Notes: a model not told the origin generated them from the sequence alone. Shown: positions 46,134 through 56,232, counted from the first letter of the stretch. The stretch is DNA of 64,000 nucleotides from Armatimonadota bacterium (GCA_016235455.1 JACRKZ010000073.1:1-64000); one strand, 5' to 3'. Made by a program: numbers and translations.

Positions 46134-47348
46134 TTAGCTGTGGCCTGACTTCTGCTTGGCGGCCGGGGTGGGCGGCGTGGCCGAACCGGTGGACGCGCTC
46201 TCGGCGGCCGGCGGGGCACTCTTGGCGCTACCGCCGGCCGGGGCCGCGCCCTCGGCGGGCGTGCTGGACTCGGCGGGCGGCGGGGCGCTCTGAGCCGTCG
46301 CGGCGGCCGCGGGCGGCGCGATGACCTTGGCCAACTCGGTCAGGCTGGCGGCCAGGCGGTCGTTGTTGCGCTTGGCCGAGGCCCAGTTGCCTCGACCCAG
46401 GGCGTCGGCCAGCCAGCGGCGCGACACCTCCAGCAGGTCCATGGCCTCCAGCGCCGTGGTGTCGCTCAGCGCGATGACCAACTCCTGCAGCCGCTTGCGG
46501 GCCTGCAACGCGTTGCGGCCCAGCAGGTCGCTGACAATCGCCACCTGCGCGGCCATGCCCGCCGGGTCGGTGAGCGACACCGCCGGCATGGCGCCGGCAT
46601 CGCTGGCGGCGGGGTCGGCTTCGGTCAGCGAACTGGCCGGCTCCTTGGCGCCCGCGGCCGGCAGCGCGCTGTCCGACTTGGCGGTGGGCTGCGGCAGCAT
46701 CTCCAGCGCGCGGCGCAGATGCTCCTGCGCGGTCTTGACCGCGGCGGCCTCGGTGGTGGCATCGGTCACGCTGTACAGCGCGCCGAGCGCGTAGTTGACC
46801 TCGTCCCAGGCAGGCTCGCTGGCCAGGTTGGCGCGAATGGCTTCGAGCGCGGTGCCCAGCAGCGCCAGGTGGGTGGCGGCGCGCAGCGCGTCGTGGTTGG
46901 TCACCTGACCGGCCAGGTGCCGCTGGTGCGACATGGCGGCGGTGAGCCAGCCGTTACGCCGCTCGGTCTGGGCGGCGCGGAAGGCTTCGGCCTCGGCTCG
47001 GCGCTTGGCGCCGCCGGCGGTCAGCGCGGCCTGATCGAGCGCGGCGCGGCTGGCGCCGAGGAGCGCGTCCGCGGCACCTTCGGTGCTGGTCGGCTCTTTG
47101 GCGTCGGCCTTGGTCTCGCTGTCGCTCTTGGCCGACTCGGTCGCCTTGGCGGGCTCCGCAGCTTTGGCCGCGGGCGCTGGCGGCGGCGGGGGCGGGGGCG
47201 TGGCGCTCGCCGTGGTGACCGGGGCGACGGCGGGCGGCGGCGGCGCTCCCTTCTTGGCCTGCTCCAGGCTGCCCTGTCGGATCTCACACCCGGCCAACAG
47301 CCAGCAGGTGAGACACGCCGCGATGAGACCCCATTGCCGCACGATCAT
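46134..47348 (-). CDS. putative lipoprotein with Pro/Ala-rich linkers and helical core
   Basis: MIVRQWGLIAACLTCWLLAG-C lipobox; PPPPPP linker. Confidence 0.7.
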   Translation of the reverse strand: MIVRQWGLIAACLTCWLLAGCEIRQGSLEQAKKGAPPPPAVAPVTTASATPPPPPPPAPAAKAAEPAKATESAKSDSETKADAKEPTSTEGAADALLGASRAALDQAALTAGGAKRRAEAEAFRAAQTERRNGWLTAAMSHQRHLAGQVTNHDALRAATHLALLGTALEAIRANLASEPAWDEVNYALGALYSVTDATTEAAAVKTAQEHLRRALEMLPQPTAKSDSALPAAGAKEPASSLTEADPAASDAGAMPAVSLTDPAGMAAQVAIVSDLLGRNALQARKRLQELVIALSDTTALEAMDLLEVSRRWLADALGRGNWASAKRNNDRLAASLTELAKVIAPPAAAATAQSAPPPAESSTPAEGAAPAGGSAKSAPPAAESASTGSATPPTPAAKQKSGHS

Positions 47349-47380
47349 TGCCAGGCTCTCCGCCTTCCCAAACTGCGCCG

Positions 47381-47389
47381 AGTATAGCA
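47381..47389 (-). promoter_or_regulatory. extended -10 promoter TGC-TATACT for the lipoprotein gene
   Basis: Minus strand, 33 bp upstream of ATG 47348. Confidence 0.55.
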
Positions 47390-47613
47390 TCCCGTTCCGG
47401 CTACGGTCTAGCCGGGTGCGCGCGGCGTAGGGCGTAGCCAACTGCGTTGGCTCTGGCGTGGGGCGAGCGTGCCGCGGTATGTCGTGTTCGCCGGGCCGGC
47501 GGCGACAAGGGCGGCGGGACGTGGCGCGGCCCCTCTGCTCGCCTCGCGCCTCGCGCGCGTCCTTGACCGGCCGGCTGCAACGGGGCACCCTGATAGCGAG
47601 CAGGGAACCAAGC

Positions 47614-48732
47614 ATGACCATCGACACCGACCGCGTGCGCCAGACTCTGGTGCAGCTCTTCGAGACGCCTTCGTACGCCCGCGCCGAGGCCGGCGTGGCC
47701 GCCGTCGTCAGTGCGCGCCTGGCCGAGCTGGGCCTGGCCGTGGAGTCCGACGACTGCCATCTGCGCATCGGTGGCGACTGCGGCAACCTACTATCCCGCG
47801 TGCCCGGCACCGCCGATGGGCCGACGCTGCTGTTCAACAGTCACTTGGACACAGTGGAGCCGACCGACGGCCTGCGGCTGACCATCGAGGAGGACGCCAT
47901 CCGCACCGACGGCACCACCGTGCTGGGTGGCGACGACAAGGCCGGCGTGGCAGCTATCCTGTGCGGAGTCGAGGCGGTGTTGCGGGCCGGGCTGCCGCAT
48001 CCGCCGCTGGAACTGCTGTTCACCGTGCAGGAGGAGATCGGCCTGTTCGGCGCCAAGGCGGTCGACCCCGCCTGGCTCGCGGCCAAGGTCGGCTTCGTGC
48101 TCGACCATGGCGTGCCCGTCGGCCAGATGGTCGTCTCGGCGCCCAGCCAGACCACGCACGAGATCGTCTTCCGCGGCCGCGCCGCCCATGCCGGCGTGGA
48201 GCCCGAGAAGGGCATCAACGCCATCGCCTGCGCCGCCGACGCCATCGGGCGGCTGCATCAGGGCCGCATCGACCACGAAACGACATGCAATGTCGGCGTG
48301 ATCAGCGGCGGCCGCGCCACCAACATCGTGCCCGAAGAGTGCCGGCTCAAGGCCGAGGTGCGCAGTCGCGACCAGGCCAAGCTCGAGGCGCAGGTGGCCC
48401 ATCTGCGCGAGTGCTGCGAGGCGGCGGCTGAGGCGTTCGGCTGCGAACTGCGCTTTGGTCGTGAGGAGGCTTATCGCGCCTTCCGCATCGACCCCGACGA
48501 GCCCGTCGGCCGGCTGGCCGCGGCCGGAGTGCGCGCCGCGGGACTGGAGCCGGCCTGGGCCGACGGCGGTGGTGGCAGCGACGCCAACGTGTTCTGCGCG
48601 GCGGGACCGCGCTGCGTGGTCATGGCTTGCGGCGAGCGCGAAGTGCATACGCACCGCGAGTACGTGCTGGTCAGCGATGTCGTGGCCGCGGCGCGGGTCG
48701 TGGCAGGCATCATCACCGCGGCGGCCATGTAA
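47614..48732 (+). CDS. M20 family peptidase (peptidase T-like)
   Basis: SHLDTV, LGGDDKAG, QEEIGLFGA, GRAAHAG..PEKG, GGGSDAN, HTHRE. Confidence 0.92.
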   Translation: MTIDTDRVRQTLVQLFETPSYARAEAGVAAVVSARLAELGLAVESDDCHLRIGGDCGNLLSRVPGTADGPTLLFNSHLDTVEPTDGLRLTIEEDAIRTDGTTVLGGDDKAGVAAILCGVEAVLRAGLPHPPLELLFTVQEEIGLFGAKAVDPAWLAAKVGFVLDHGVPVGQMVVSAPSQTTHEIVFRGRAAHAGVEPEKGINAIACAADAIGRLHQGRIDHETTCNVGVISGGRATNIVPEECRLKAEVRSRDQAKLEAQVAHLRECCEAAAEAFGCELRFGREEAYRAFRIDPDEPVGRLAAAGVRAAGLEPAWADGGGGSDANVFCAAGPRCVVMACGEREVHTHREYVLVSDVVAAARVVAGIITAAAM

Positions 48733-48733
48733 C

Positions 48734-48760
48734 GGAACATCGGCCGCTTTTCGACCGTCT
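48734..48760 (+). promoter_or_regulatory. ECF-sigma-type promoter GGAAC-N17-CGTCT upstream of the TPR gene
   Basis: AAC-containing -35 and CGT-containing -10 in the short intergenic region. Confidence 0.45.
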
Positions 48761-48807
48761 TCATGCCCGTCTAGCGACGATGACGTATGAGACGGGAGAT
48801 GCGGGTG

Positions 48808-50793
48808 ATGAGCAGCTTGGGCATTCGGGGCTTGGCGCGACTGGCGTGTGCGGTGGTCTTGATGGCCGCGAGCGCGGCGCCCGCGCAGAAGTTCGACAAG
48901 CCGTTCCACACCGTGGTCGTCCTGCCGGCCACCACGACCAGCAAGTCCGACCGCATGGCGCCCTGGACGCTCGGCTGGCAGTACCTGATCCAGGAGCGGC
49001 TGCGCGAGTTCCCGGGCATTGACGTGCCGCGCCTGCAGAGCCAGTCGGACTTTGTGGACCAGTGGCAGGCCGGCACGCTGGACGTGACCAAGATGGCCGT
49101 GCGCGACCAGATCGCCAAGGCCTTCGGCGCCGACCTGATCGTGGCTCCGGCCATCGTCGCGGGCCCGCCGGAGTGGGCGGTCAAGATCGATCTCATCGAT
49201 ACCAAGGTCGGGCCAGAGCCGCGCGAACTGGCCACCGCCAAGGGCGCGCTGCCCACCTCCGTGGTCGACAGCGCGGCGGTGGCCATCCTCAAGGCAGTCT
49301 TCGCCGAGGACAACATCACCCTCGAGCCCTGGAGCGCGGCAACCGCCGTGGCCGGCGCGGCGCCGGTGGACATTCCCGCCGCGGCGGTCAGCCAGTTTGT
49401 GGCCACGTTCAGCCTGTGGCCGTACACCGAGAAGGCCGACGCCGGCAAGGGCAAGCTCGACCAGGCGCTGTTGAGCATGGAGGCCCTGGCGCGCGGCGGC
49501 TCTCCGCTGTGGCTGATGTACCAGCGGGCCGCCATGTGCACCATTGCCGCCGGCAAGCCCCAGTTGGGCCTGGCCGGCCTGCAGAACTGGGCCGGACGCG
49601 AGACGCGGGGCACTCGCTCTCACCTGCTGGTGGGCCAGCTCCAGGTTGCCTCGGGCAACGACGCTGCTGCCGCGCCCGAACTCCTGCAAGCCGCCAACAA
49701 CTCGCGCGGGTCCATCCCCGCGGTGACCGCTCTGGCCGGGTGCCTCAAGCACATGGGCCAGCCCGCCGCGGCGCTGGCGCAGTATGACGCCGCCGCCACC
49801 ATGTGGCCCAACGTACTGCCCTTCCAGATGGCGCGCGGGCAACTGGCGCTGGACAACGAGCAGCCCGAGCTGGCGCTGCGGGCCTTTCGCGCGGCGACCC
49901 AGTTGGCGCCGGGCAACCGCGCCGCCCTGCTCGGCCTGGCCAAGGCGCAGGTCGCCACCGGTCGACCGGCCGACGCCGTACTCACCGCCGCCGAGTTGCT
50001 CAAGGGCACGCCCGACGACCCGGCTGTGCTGGAGATCAGCGCCAACGCCGCGCTGGCTGCCGGCCAGTGGGATGTCGCCATCGCCTCGGCGACCAAGCTG
50101 GTCGCGCTGCCGGAGTCCAAAGTCGAAGCGCTGGTGGTGCTCGGTCGCGCCAACTATGGCAAGCAGGACTGGCCGGCCGCCATGGCCGCACTGGGCCGCG
50201 CCTGCAAGAAGCTCCCCAAGGATATCGATCTGGTGCGCACGTTGAGCTCGGCCTGTGTGCTGGGCGGCAAGCCCGAAGAGGCCGTGGCGGCGTTGACTGC
50301 CGCGCTGGCCGCCATCGAGGATTCCAAGCGGCCCGGCCTGCAAGTGGACCTGGCGTCGGCGCAGTTCTACGCCGGTCAACTCGACCCGGCGCTGGCCACG
50401 GCCCGCGAATCTCTCAAGGCTTCGCCCAATCAGCCCGCCGCGCGCTTCCTTGAGGCGCGGCTGCTGGTCTACAAGCTGCAGTATGCCGAGGCCATCAAGG
50501 CCGAGGAGACCGCGCTCGGCCTGGCCGGCGCCAACGGCGCGCCCTTGCAGGCCGCCGTGGCCGACCTCGAGGGTGATGTGAAGGCTTCGCCCGCGCTCGA
50601 CGGCGCCAAGCTTGTGCTCGGCTACCTGTACGAAGCCGCTGGCCGCGCCAAGGATGCCCGCCAGCTGTACCGCAGCTACGAGCTGAGCCCCAAGGCCGAC
50701 GCCGCGCTCAAGACCTGGGCGCAGGAGCGCATGAAGCAGATCGATAACCCGCGCGCGGTAGGCCAGCGGCCCGGCACGCCACGCCCGATCTAG
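48808..50793 (+). CDS. secreted tetratricopeptide-repeat protein
   Basis: Signal peptide (..AASAAPA), many Ala-rich TPR helices (AL..LG...; A...P..). Confidence 0.82.
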   Translation: MSSLGIRGLARLACAVVLMAASAAPAQKFDKPFHTVVVLPATTTSKSDRMAPWTLGWQYLIQERLREFPGIDVPRLQSQSDFVDQWQAGTLDVTKMAVRDQIAKAFGADLIVAPAIVAGPPEWAVKIDLIDTKVGPEPRELATAKGALPTSVVDSAAVAILKAVFAEDNITLEPWSAATAVAGAAPVDIPAAAVSQFVATFSLWPYTEKADAGKGKLDQALLSMEALARGGSPLWLMYQRAAMCTIAAGKPQLGLAGLQNWAGRETRGTRSHLLVGQLQVASGNDAAAAPELLQAANNSRGSIPAVTALAGCLKHMGQPAAALAQYDAAATMWPNVLPFQMARGQLALDNEQPELALRAFRAATQLAPGNRAALLGLAKAQVATGRPADAVLTAAELLKGTPDDPAVLEISANAALAAGQWDVAIASATKLVALPESKVEALVVLGRANYGKQDWPAAMAALGRACKKLPKDIDLVRTLSSACVLGGKPEEAVAALTAALAAIEDSKRPGLQVDLASAQFYAGQLDPALATARESLKASPNQPAARFLEARLLVYKLQYAEAIKAEETALGLAGANGAPLQAAVADLEGDVKASPALDGAKLVLGYLYEAAGRAKDARQLYRSYELSPKADAALKTWAQERMKQIDNPRAVGQRPGTPRPI

Positions 50794-50828
50794 AAGGAGG
50801 TCCGGCGCCAGAGGCCAACCAGGGCCCC

Positions 50829-51569
50829 ATGAACGAGCCCTGGTACGAGACTTACTTTGGCGCCGACTACCTGAGCATCTACCGCTTGGCCGACACGGCC
50901 GAGCAACTGGCCCTGCTGGAGGGTCTGCTGGCCCCCTTCGCCGGGGGCCGCATCCTTGATCTGCCTTGCGGCCACGGCCGGCACTCGGTGCCGCTGGCCC
51001 AGCGCGGGTTCCAGATGGTCGGAGTCGACCTGAGCTCGGTCTTCCTCAATGTGGCGCTGAGCGCGGCACGCGCGGCGCGGACTCCGGCCCGGTTCGCACG
51101 CGGCGATATGCGCGCCATGCCGGTGGGCACCGACTCGGTTGATGCCGCCATCTGCATGTTCACCAGCCTGGGCTACTTCGACTCTGACGACCAGCATCTG
51201 GGCGTACTGCGCGAGTTTGCACGCGTGGTCCGCCCGGGTGGCGCGCTGGTGCTCGACCTGGCCAACATCGACGCTGTTCGCGCCCAAGCCGACAGTGCGC
51301 ACTGGACCAAGGACGGGGTCGAGGTCAGCTCCCACTACAGCTTCGATGAATCCGCCAAGCGCGCCCGGACCGAACGCCTGGTTACCTTCGCCGACGGTCG
51401 CACCGCACACTATGAGAGCAGTGTCCGGCTTTTCGAGGAAGCCGAGATCCTTGATCTGCTGAGCGCGGCCGGCTGGCGGGTGTCGGAGCAGCTCGGCAGC
51501 TACGCCGGCGGGTCCGTCTCGCCGCGGCTGCCGCGGCGCATCCTGGTCTGCTGGCTGGCCGCGGTTTAG
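50829..51569 (+). CDS. class I SAM-dependent methyltransferase
   Basis: ILDLPCGHGRH, GVDLS, GDMR, FTSLGYF, RPGG. Confidence 0.92.
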   Translation: MNEPWYETYFGADYLSIYRLADTAEQLALLEGLLAPFAGGRILDLPCGHGRHSVPLAQRGFQMVGVDLSSVFLNVALSAARAARTPARFARGDMRAMPVGTDSVDAAICMFTSLGYFDSDDQHLGVLREFARVVRPGGALVLDLANIDAVRAQADSAHWTKDGVEVSSHYSFDESAKRARTERLVTFADGRTAHYESSVRLFEEAEILDLLSAAGWRVSEQLGSYAGGSVSPRLPRRILVCWLAAV

Positions 51570-51614
51570 GATTTTGTAACCGTGCCGCGCCTGCGGCTTG
51601 GTAGAAGCATCCCT

Positions 51615-53546
51615 ATGGAGCCGAGCGTGCCGGGCGAACAGTGTGGGAGCGTTGGGCGTGGCGCCCGTTGGCGCTCGTCGATGGGGCTGGTCGCCTTGGT
51701 GGCCCTGGTTGTGTGGGGCCTGGCGTGGCTGGGTGCCTTCACGCGCATTGACCTGGCGCTACATGACTGGTTCGCGCGGGTGGCTGATGCGCGACGCGGT
51801 GACCGCCCGTCCAGGCTGCTCATCGCCGATGTGTCCAGCGCGCGGGCCGAGTCCTGGCAGCACGACCTGCCCGGCGGCCGACGGGACCTGGCGACGCTGG
51901 TGACGGCGTTGGCACGTGGCGGTGCGCAGGCCATTGTCGTCGACGTGCCGCTCGAGGTGGGTGGTGGCCACGATGACGAACTGGCCGCCGCGATGCTGCG
52001 CGCGGGCAATGTCGTGCTACGCGCCCAGCTCACGTCGCCGCGGCCGACAGAGTATGCCCTGACGCTGCTGCCGGCTGACCTGTCGCGCGCCGCGGCCGGC
52101 AGCGGGTTCGCCTTGTGGCCCGCCGATCTCGACGGGGTGGTGCGACGCATGGCCACGGCCCTGCCCCACGTGCAGGCCAGCTCACTGGCGGAGGCGGCGG
52201 CCAACGTGGCTGGAGCAGCGGTGCCAGCGGGCGGTGGTCGCGGTCGGACCGAGCGGGGCCGGACGATGCTGCTCAACTGGGCGGGCCCACCTGGGCGCGG
52301 CTTTGCCGTCCAGCGCTGTGAGCGCCTGACGCCGGCCGACATGGCGCACCGCATCGTGGTGGTGGGCGTGGCCGACGTGACGCGGGGTGGCTACACCACA
52401 CCGCTGGCGCGGTGCTTGCGGCCCGATTGGCTGGACCGCCGGCCGGCCTACATGAGTTCGCCTGAACTGCTGGCCAACGCCATCGAGAGTGTGATGTCGG
52501 GCCGGTCGCGGCACGAGGTCGGCCTCCTGGGCCTGGCTGTGCTGCTGGTGCTTGGCGCGGCGGCCGGCTACGCCGCCAGCCAAGGCGAGCGGCCCCTGGT
52601 CAGCGCGCTGGCGGTGCCCGCCATTCTGGCGTTCTATGTGGGGCTGGCCGCGGTGCTCGACGGCGGCGAGTTGGCCTGGTTGCCCGTGGCGGCGCCCATG
52701 GCCGCGATGCTGTTGTGCGCCGTGTCCGGAGCCTCCGCGCGCGCCGCGAGCCGCGCGGCTCGACTGGTCGCCGAGGCCGAGGCGGCCGAGCGCGAACGGC
52801 ACCGGCTGGTCGAACTCGACACGGCCAAGCGGGCGGTGCTGGCGACGATTGTGCACGACCTGCGCAACCCCGTCACGGTCATCAAGGGCCAGGCGCTGAC
52901 GCTGCTGGCCGACCCCGAGATGCGGCTCGGGCCGCGCGTCCACGATGAGTTCCTCCGCGGCATCTCGGTGCAGTGCGACCGGTTGACGCACACCGTCGAG
53001 GATCTGCTCGATGTCGATCCCGACCGGTCCATCAATCTGCTGGTCAGCCCGGTGGATGTGGCGGCCGTGGTGCGCCGCGTGTCGGAGTCCTACAGTCTGC
53101 AGAGTCGTCGGCACGCGCTACGCCTGGAGGTGGAGGAACTGGGCGAGGTGCTGCTCGACGAGAGTCGCTTCGAGCGCATCCTGGCCAACCTGGTCAGCAA
53201 TGCCGTCAAGTACAGTCCCAAGGGTGGCGTGGTGACCGTCGGCCTGAGCGGTGACCCAGCGCGCGCCTCGTTCTGCCTGTCGGTGCGCGACGAGGGCATC
53301 GGCATGCGGCCCGATCAGGTGGAGCGGCTGTTCGGTCTATTCGTGAGAGTCCTCGACGACCCGCGCGATATCCCCGGTGTGGGCGTCGGCCTGCACTCGG
53401 TGCAGCGCCTGGTCAAGGCCCACGGCGGCCGGCTGGAGGTCACCAGCGCCCCAGGCCAGGGCAGCGAGTTCCGCTGCTGGCTACCGTGGCGCACCGTGGA
53501 GCTCGACCACCCGCCGTCGCTTGACAGGCCGCCTGTCGGTGGATAG
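51615..53546 (+). CDS. CHASE2-domain sensor histidine kinase
   Basis: N-terminal TM, GAQAIVVD, DLDGVVRR, LLNWAGP, RIVVVG, 3 TM; HDLRNP, NLVSNAVKYS, DEGIG, GVGVGL. Confidence 0.9.
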   Translation: MEPSVPGEQCGSVGRGARWRSSMGLVALVALVVWGLAWLGAFTRIDLALHDWFARVADARRGDRPSRLLIADVSSARAESWQHDLPGGRRDLATLVTALARGGAQAIVVDVPLEVGGGHDDELAAAMLRAGNVVLRAQLTSPRPTEYALTLLPADLSRAAAGSGFALWPADLDGVVRRMATALPHVQASSLAEAAANVAGAAVPAGGGRGRTERGRTMLLNWAGPPGRGFAVQRCERLTPADMAHRIVVVGVADVTRGGYTTPLARCLRPDWLDRRPAYMSSPELLANAIESVMSGRSRHEVGLLGLAVLLVLGAAAGYAASQGERPLVSALAVPAILAFYVGLAAVLDGGELAWLPVAAPMAAMLLCAVSGASARAASRAARLVAEAEAAERERHRLVELDTAKRAVLATIVHDLRNPVTVIKGQALTLLADPEMRLGPRVHDEFLRGISVQCDRLTHTVEDLLDVDPDRSINLLVSPVDVAAVVRRVSESYSLQSRRHALRLEVEELGEVLLDESRFERILANLVSNAVKYSPKGGVVTVGLSGDPARASFCLSVRDEGIGMRPDQVERLFGLFVRVLDDPRDIPGVGVGLHSVQRLVKAHGGRLEVTSAPGQGSEFRCWLPWRTVELDHPPSLDRPPVGG

Positions 53547-53568
53547 ACTCGACGCCCGAGGACCCCGT

Positions 53569-54606
53569 ATGCACACTGGCAGCTACGCCGCCGCAGGCGT
53601 CGACATTGCCGCCGCCGACCGCACGCTCGAGCTCATCAAGCCGGCCGTTCGCGCCACCTACACACCCTCCGTCGTGACCGATGTGGGCAGCTTCGGTGGC
53701 ATGTTCGCCCTCGACCTATCGCGCTGGAGCCAGCCGGTCCTGGTGGGTAGCGTCGATTCCGTGGGCACCAAGGTCATGGTCGCGGCCGCGGCTGGCCTGC
53801 ACCGGGGCATCGGCTTCGACATGGTCCATCACGCGGTGAACGACATCGGTGTGATGGGCGCCGAGCCGCTGTTCTTCCTCGACTACTACGCCACCAGTCG
53901 GCTCGATCCCACGTCGGCCGCGGAGGTCATCTGCGGCTTGGCCGAGGCCTGCCAGGCGGTCGGCTGTTCGCTGATCGGCGGCGAGTTGGCCGAACTGCCG
54001 GGCATGTACACCGAGGGTCATTACGACCTGGTCGGCACGATTGTCGGCGTGGTCGACCGCGCCAAGGCCATCGACGGTAGCCAGGTGGCCGAGGGCGACG
54101 TGTTGCTGGCGCTGCCCAGCGTGGGCCTGCACACCAACGGCTTCTCGCTGGCGCGCAAGGTGCTCCTGGCGGACGCCAGGCTCGACCTGCACAGCACGCC
54201 CGACGGGCTCGGCGCCACGCTGGCCGAGGCGTTGTTGGCGCCGCACCGCTGCTATCTGGCGCAGTTGCAGGCGCTGGCCGGGGCCGGCCTGCTGCGCGCC
54301 GCGGCGCATATCACCGGCGGCGGTGTCTATGACAACCTGCCGCGGGTGCTGCCCCGGGGCCTGGGCGCCGAGGTCAAGCGCGGCACGTGGCCCGAGCCGC
54401 CCATTTTTGGACTGATTGGCAACCTCGGCCAGATTCCAGAAGGCGATCTGTTCAAGACGTTCAACATGGGTCTGGGCATGATCGTTGTCGTGGACCAAGC
54501 GCGGGCCGAAGAGGCCATCGGGGTGGTGCGCTCCACCGGTCTCGATGCCTATCGCGTGGGCCATGTTACCACGCGGGCCGAAGGCGTTGTGCTACAAGGC
54601 AGGTGA
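53569..54606 (+). CDS. purM: phosphoribosylformylglycinamidine cyclo-ligase
   Basis: YAAAGVDI, DSVGTK, GAEPLFFLDY, GLHTNGFSL, AHITGGG, TFNMGLG. Confidence 0.97.
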   Translation: MHTGSYAAAGVDIAAADRTLELIKPAVRATYTPSVVTDVGSFGGMFALDLSRWSQPVLVGSVDSVGTKVMVAAAAGLHRGIGFDMVHHAVNDIGVMGAEPLFFLDYYATSRLDPTSAAEVICGLAEACQAVGCSLIGGELAELPGMYTEGHYDLVGTIVGVVDRAKAIDGSQVAEGDVLLALPSVGLHTNGFSLARKVLLADARLDLHSTPDGLGATLAEALLAPHRCYLAQLQALAGAGLLRAAAHITGGGVYDNLPRVLPRGLGAEVKRGTWPEPPIFGLIGNLGQIPEGDLFKTFNMGLGMIVVVDQARAEEAIGVVRSTGLDAYRVGHVTTRAEGVVLQGR

Positions 54607-54609
54607 GCC

Positions 54610-55305
54610 ATGGCGGATGGTCGCATCCTGGTGGTTGAGGACAATCCCGACATCACCGATATGCTCAAGGTGATGCTCGGTGCCGAGGGCTATGAGGTGC
54701 TGTCCGCCGCTGATGGCGCGCAGGCACTGGCGACCATCAAGCAGGAGCCGCTCGATCTGGTCATCCTTGACCTGATGCTGCCCATCATGGACGGGCTCGA
54801 GGTGTGCAAGCGCACGCGCGAGATCTGCCAGGTGCCCATCATCATCCTCACGGCCAAGACCGGCGAGGTGGACAAGATCGTCGGGCTCAACAGCGGCGCC
54901 GACGACTACGTCGAGAAGCCGTTCAGCCCTGGCGAACTGATCGCGCGCGTCCGCGCGCAGTTGCGCCGTTCGCGCTTCGGTGGCGGCCATGCCGCCGACG
55001 GGCCGCGCATCACCGTCGGCCAGTTGGTGCTCGATCCGGGCTCGTACGAGGTCATTCTGCACGGCAAGACCGTGAACACCACGCGCCTGGAGTTCGAACT
55101 GCTCTATACGCTGGCGCAGCGGCCCGGGCGCGTGCTGACCCGCGAGCAGTTGCTGGACATGGTGTGGGGCGAGAAGGAATTCATCCAGCCGCGCGGCATC
55201 GACGTGCACATCCGCCGGCTGCGGCTCAAGATCGAAGACGACCCGCGTCATCCGCGCCGCCTGCAGACCGTGCACAGCGTGGGCTACAAGCTGGTGGCTG
55301 TGTGA
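54610..55305 (+). CDS. OmpR/PhoB-family response regulator
   Basis: ILVVED, LDLMLP..DG, LTAK, GADDYVEKPF, DVHIRRLRLK, VGYK. Confidence 0.96.
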   Translation: MADGRILVVEDNPDITDMLKVMLGAEGYEVLSAADGAQALATIKQEPLDLVILDLMLPIMDGLEVCKRTREICQVPIIILTAKTGEVDKIVGLNSGADDYVEKPFSPGELIARVRAQLRRSRFGGGHAADGPRITVGQLVLDPGSYEVILHGKTVNTTRLEFELLYTLAQRPGRVLTREQLLDMVWGEKEFIQPRGIDVHIRRLRLKIEDDPRHPRRLQTVHSVGYKLVAV

Positions 55306-55307
55306 GC

Positions 55308-55808
55308 ATGGCCGGCGCGAGTGTCGAGCCAGTCAGTGCGCCGGAGCCTGTGGTCCGGCCCGCACGGTGGCGTCACCTGTGGGGTGTACGGCGGCTCAAC
55401 CGCCAGCTCTTCCCCGAACCCTACGCCTTCTGGCGCTTTGTCGGCTATCAGCTCTCCAGCCAGGGCTGGATCTGGGTGGCCGAGCAAGGCGACGACATCG
55501 TCGGTTACGCCGTGCTCACACTCAGCCTCTACAGCGAGCCGCGCCGCATGGTCGGCGAGATCATCTCCATCGCCACCGTCCCCGAGGTGCGGCGCCAGGG
55601 CGTGGCGCGCGGCATGTTGCGCCAGGCCCTCAGCCGGGCGTGGGAACGCGGGGTGGGCCAGGTGTACCTGCAGGTGGCCGTCGACAACGACGCCGCCCAA
55701 CGGCTCTACCGTGCCGAAGGGTTCACCGTCGAGCGGCGGCTGAAGGGCTACTACCTGAACGGCGACGACGCCTGGCTGATGGTGGTGGCGCGGCCTAAGC
55801 CGGCTTGA
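55308..55808 (+). CDS. GNAT N-acetyltransferase (RimI-like)
   Basis: IATVPEVRRQGVA, LQVAVDNDAAQRLY, GF..RLKGYY..GDDA. Confidence 0.88.
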   Translation: MAGASVEPVSAPEPVVRPARWRHLWGVRRLNRQLFPEPYAFWRFVGYQLSSQGWIWVAEQGDDIVGYAVLTLSLYSEPRRMVGEIISIATVPEVRRQGVARGMLRQALSRAWERGVGQVYLQVAVDNDAAQRLYRAEGFTVERRLKGYYLNGDDAWLMVVARPKPA

Positions 55809-56031
55809 CCAGACACGAGTCCAGAGCGTCCTGCTGGCGCAGTAGCTCGATGATGTCCTCCACCGGAGTGATGGCCCCCGTGGACATGTCGTGGAGCAGG
55901 AACACCCCGCGCGTGTTCCAGGAGGTGTTCGGCAAGATCAACCGCTGGTCCACGCCGCCACGCGCCTTGACCCGCACCTGCATCAGCTTGTACTCGTCCA
56001 GCTTGTACTCGCCAACCTCGATCACCGCCAT
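55795..56031 (-). CDS. small hypothetical protein (78 aa)
   Basis: MAVIEVGEYKLDEYKLMQ...; strong GAGGAG SD, TATGAT -10 at 56070-56065, genome-typical codons. Confidence 0.7.
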   Translation of the reverse strand: MAVIEVGEYKLDEYKLMQVRVKARGGVDQRLILPNTSWNTRGVFLLHDMSTGAITPVEDIIELLRQQDALDSCLVKPA

Positions 56032-56232
56032 GGGGTTGCTCCTCTCTGCGCACCGAACAATCGGATCATAACCCATTCCGCGCCAGGTTGCCAGACGTGG
56101 CGGCGTGCTGGCGCACGCTGGGCGTGAGGCGCCGGGCGTGCGGCGTTGCGGAGCGCGGCAGGTCACAGCGCCGCGGAACCAGGCCGGCCCAGGGCGATCA
56201 TCCACTAAGACGCTCGAGGCCCGACCCGGTCA

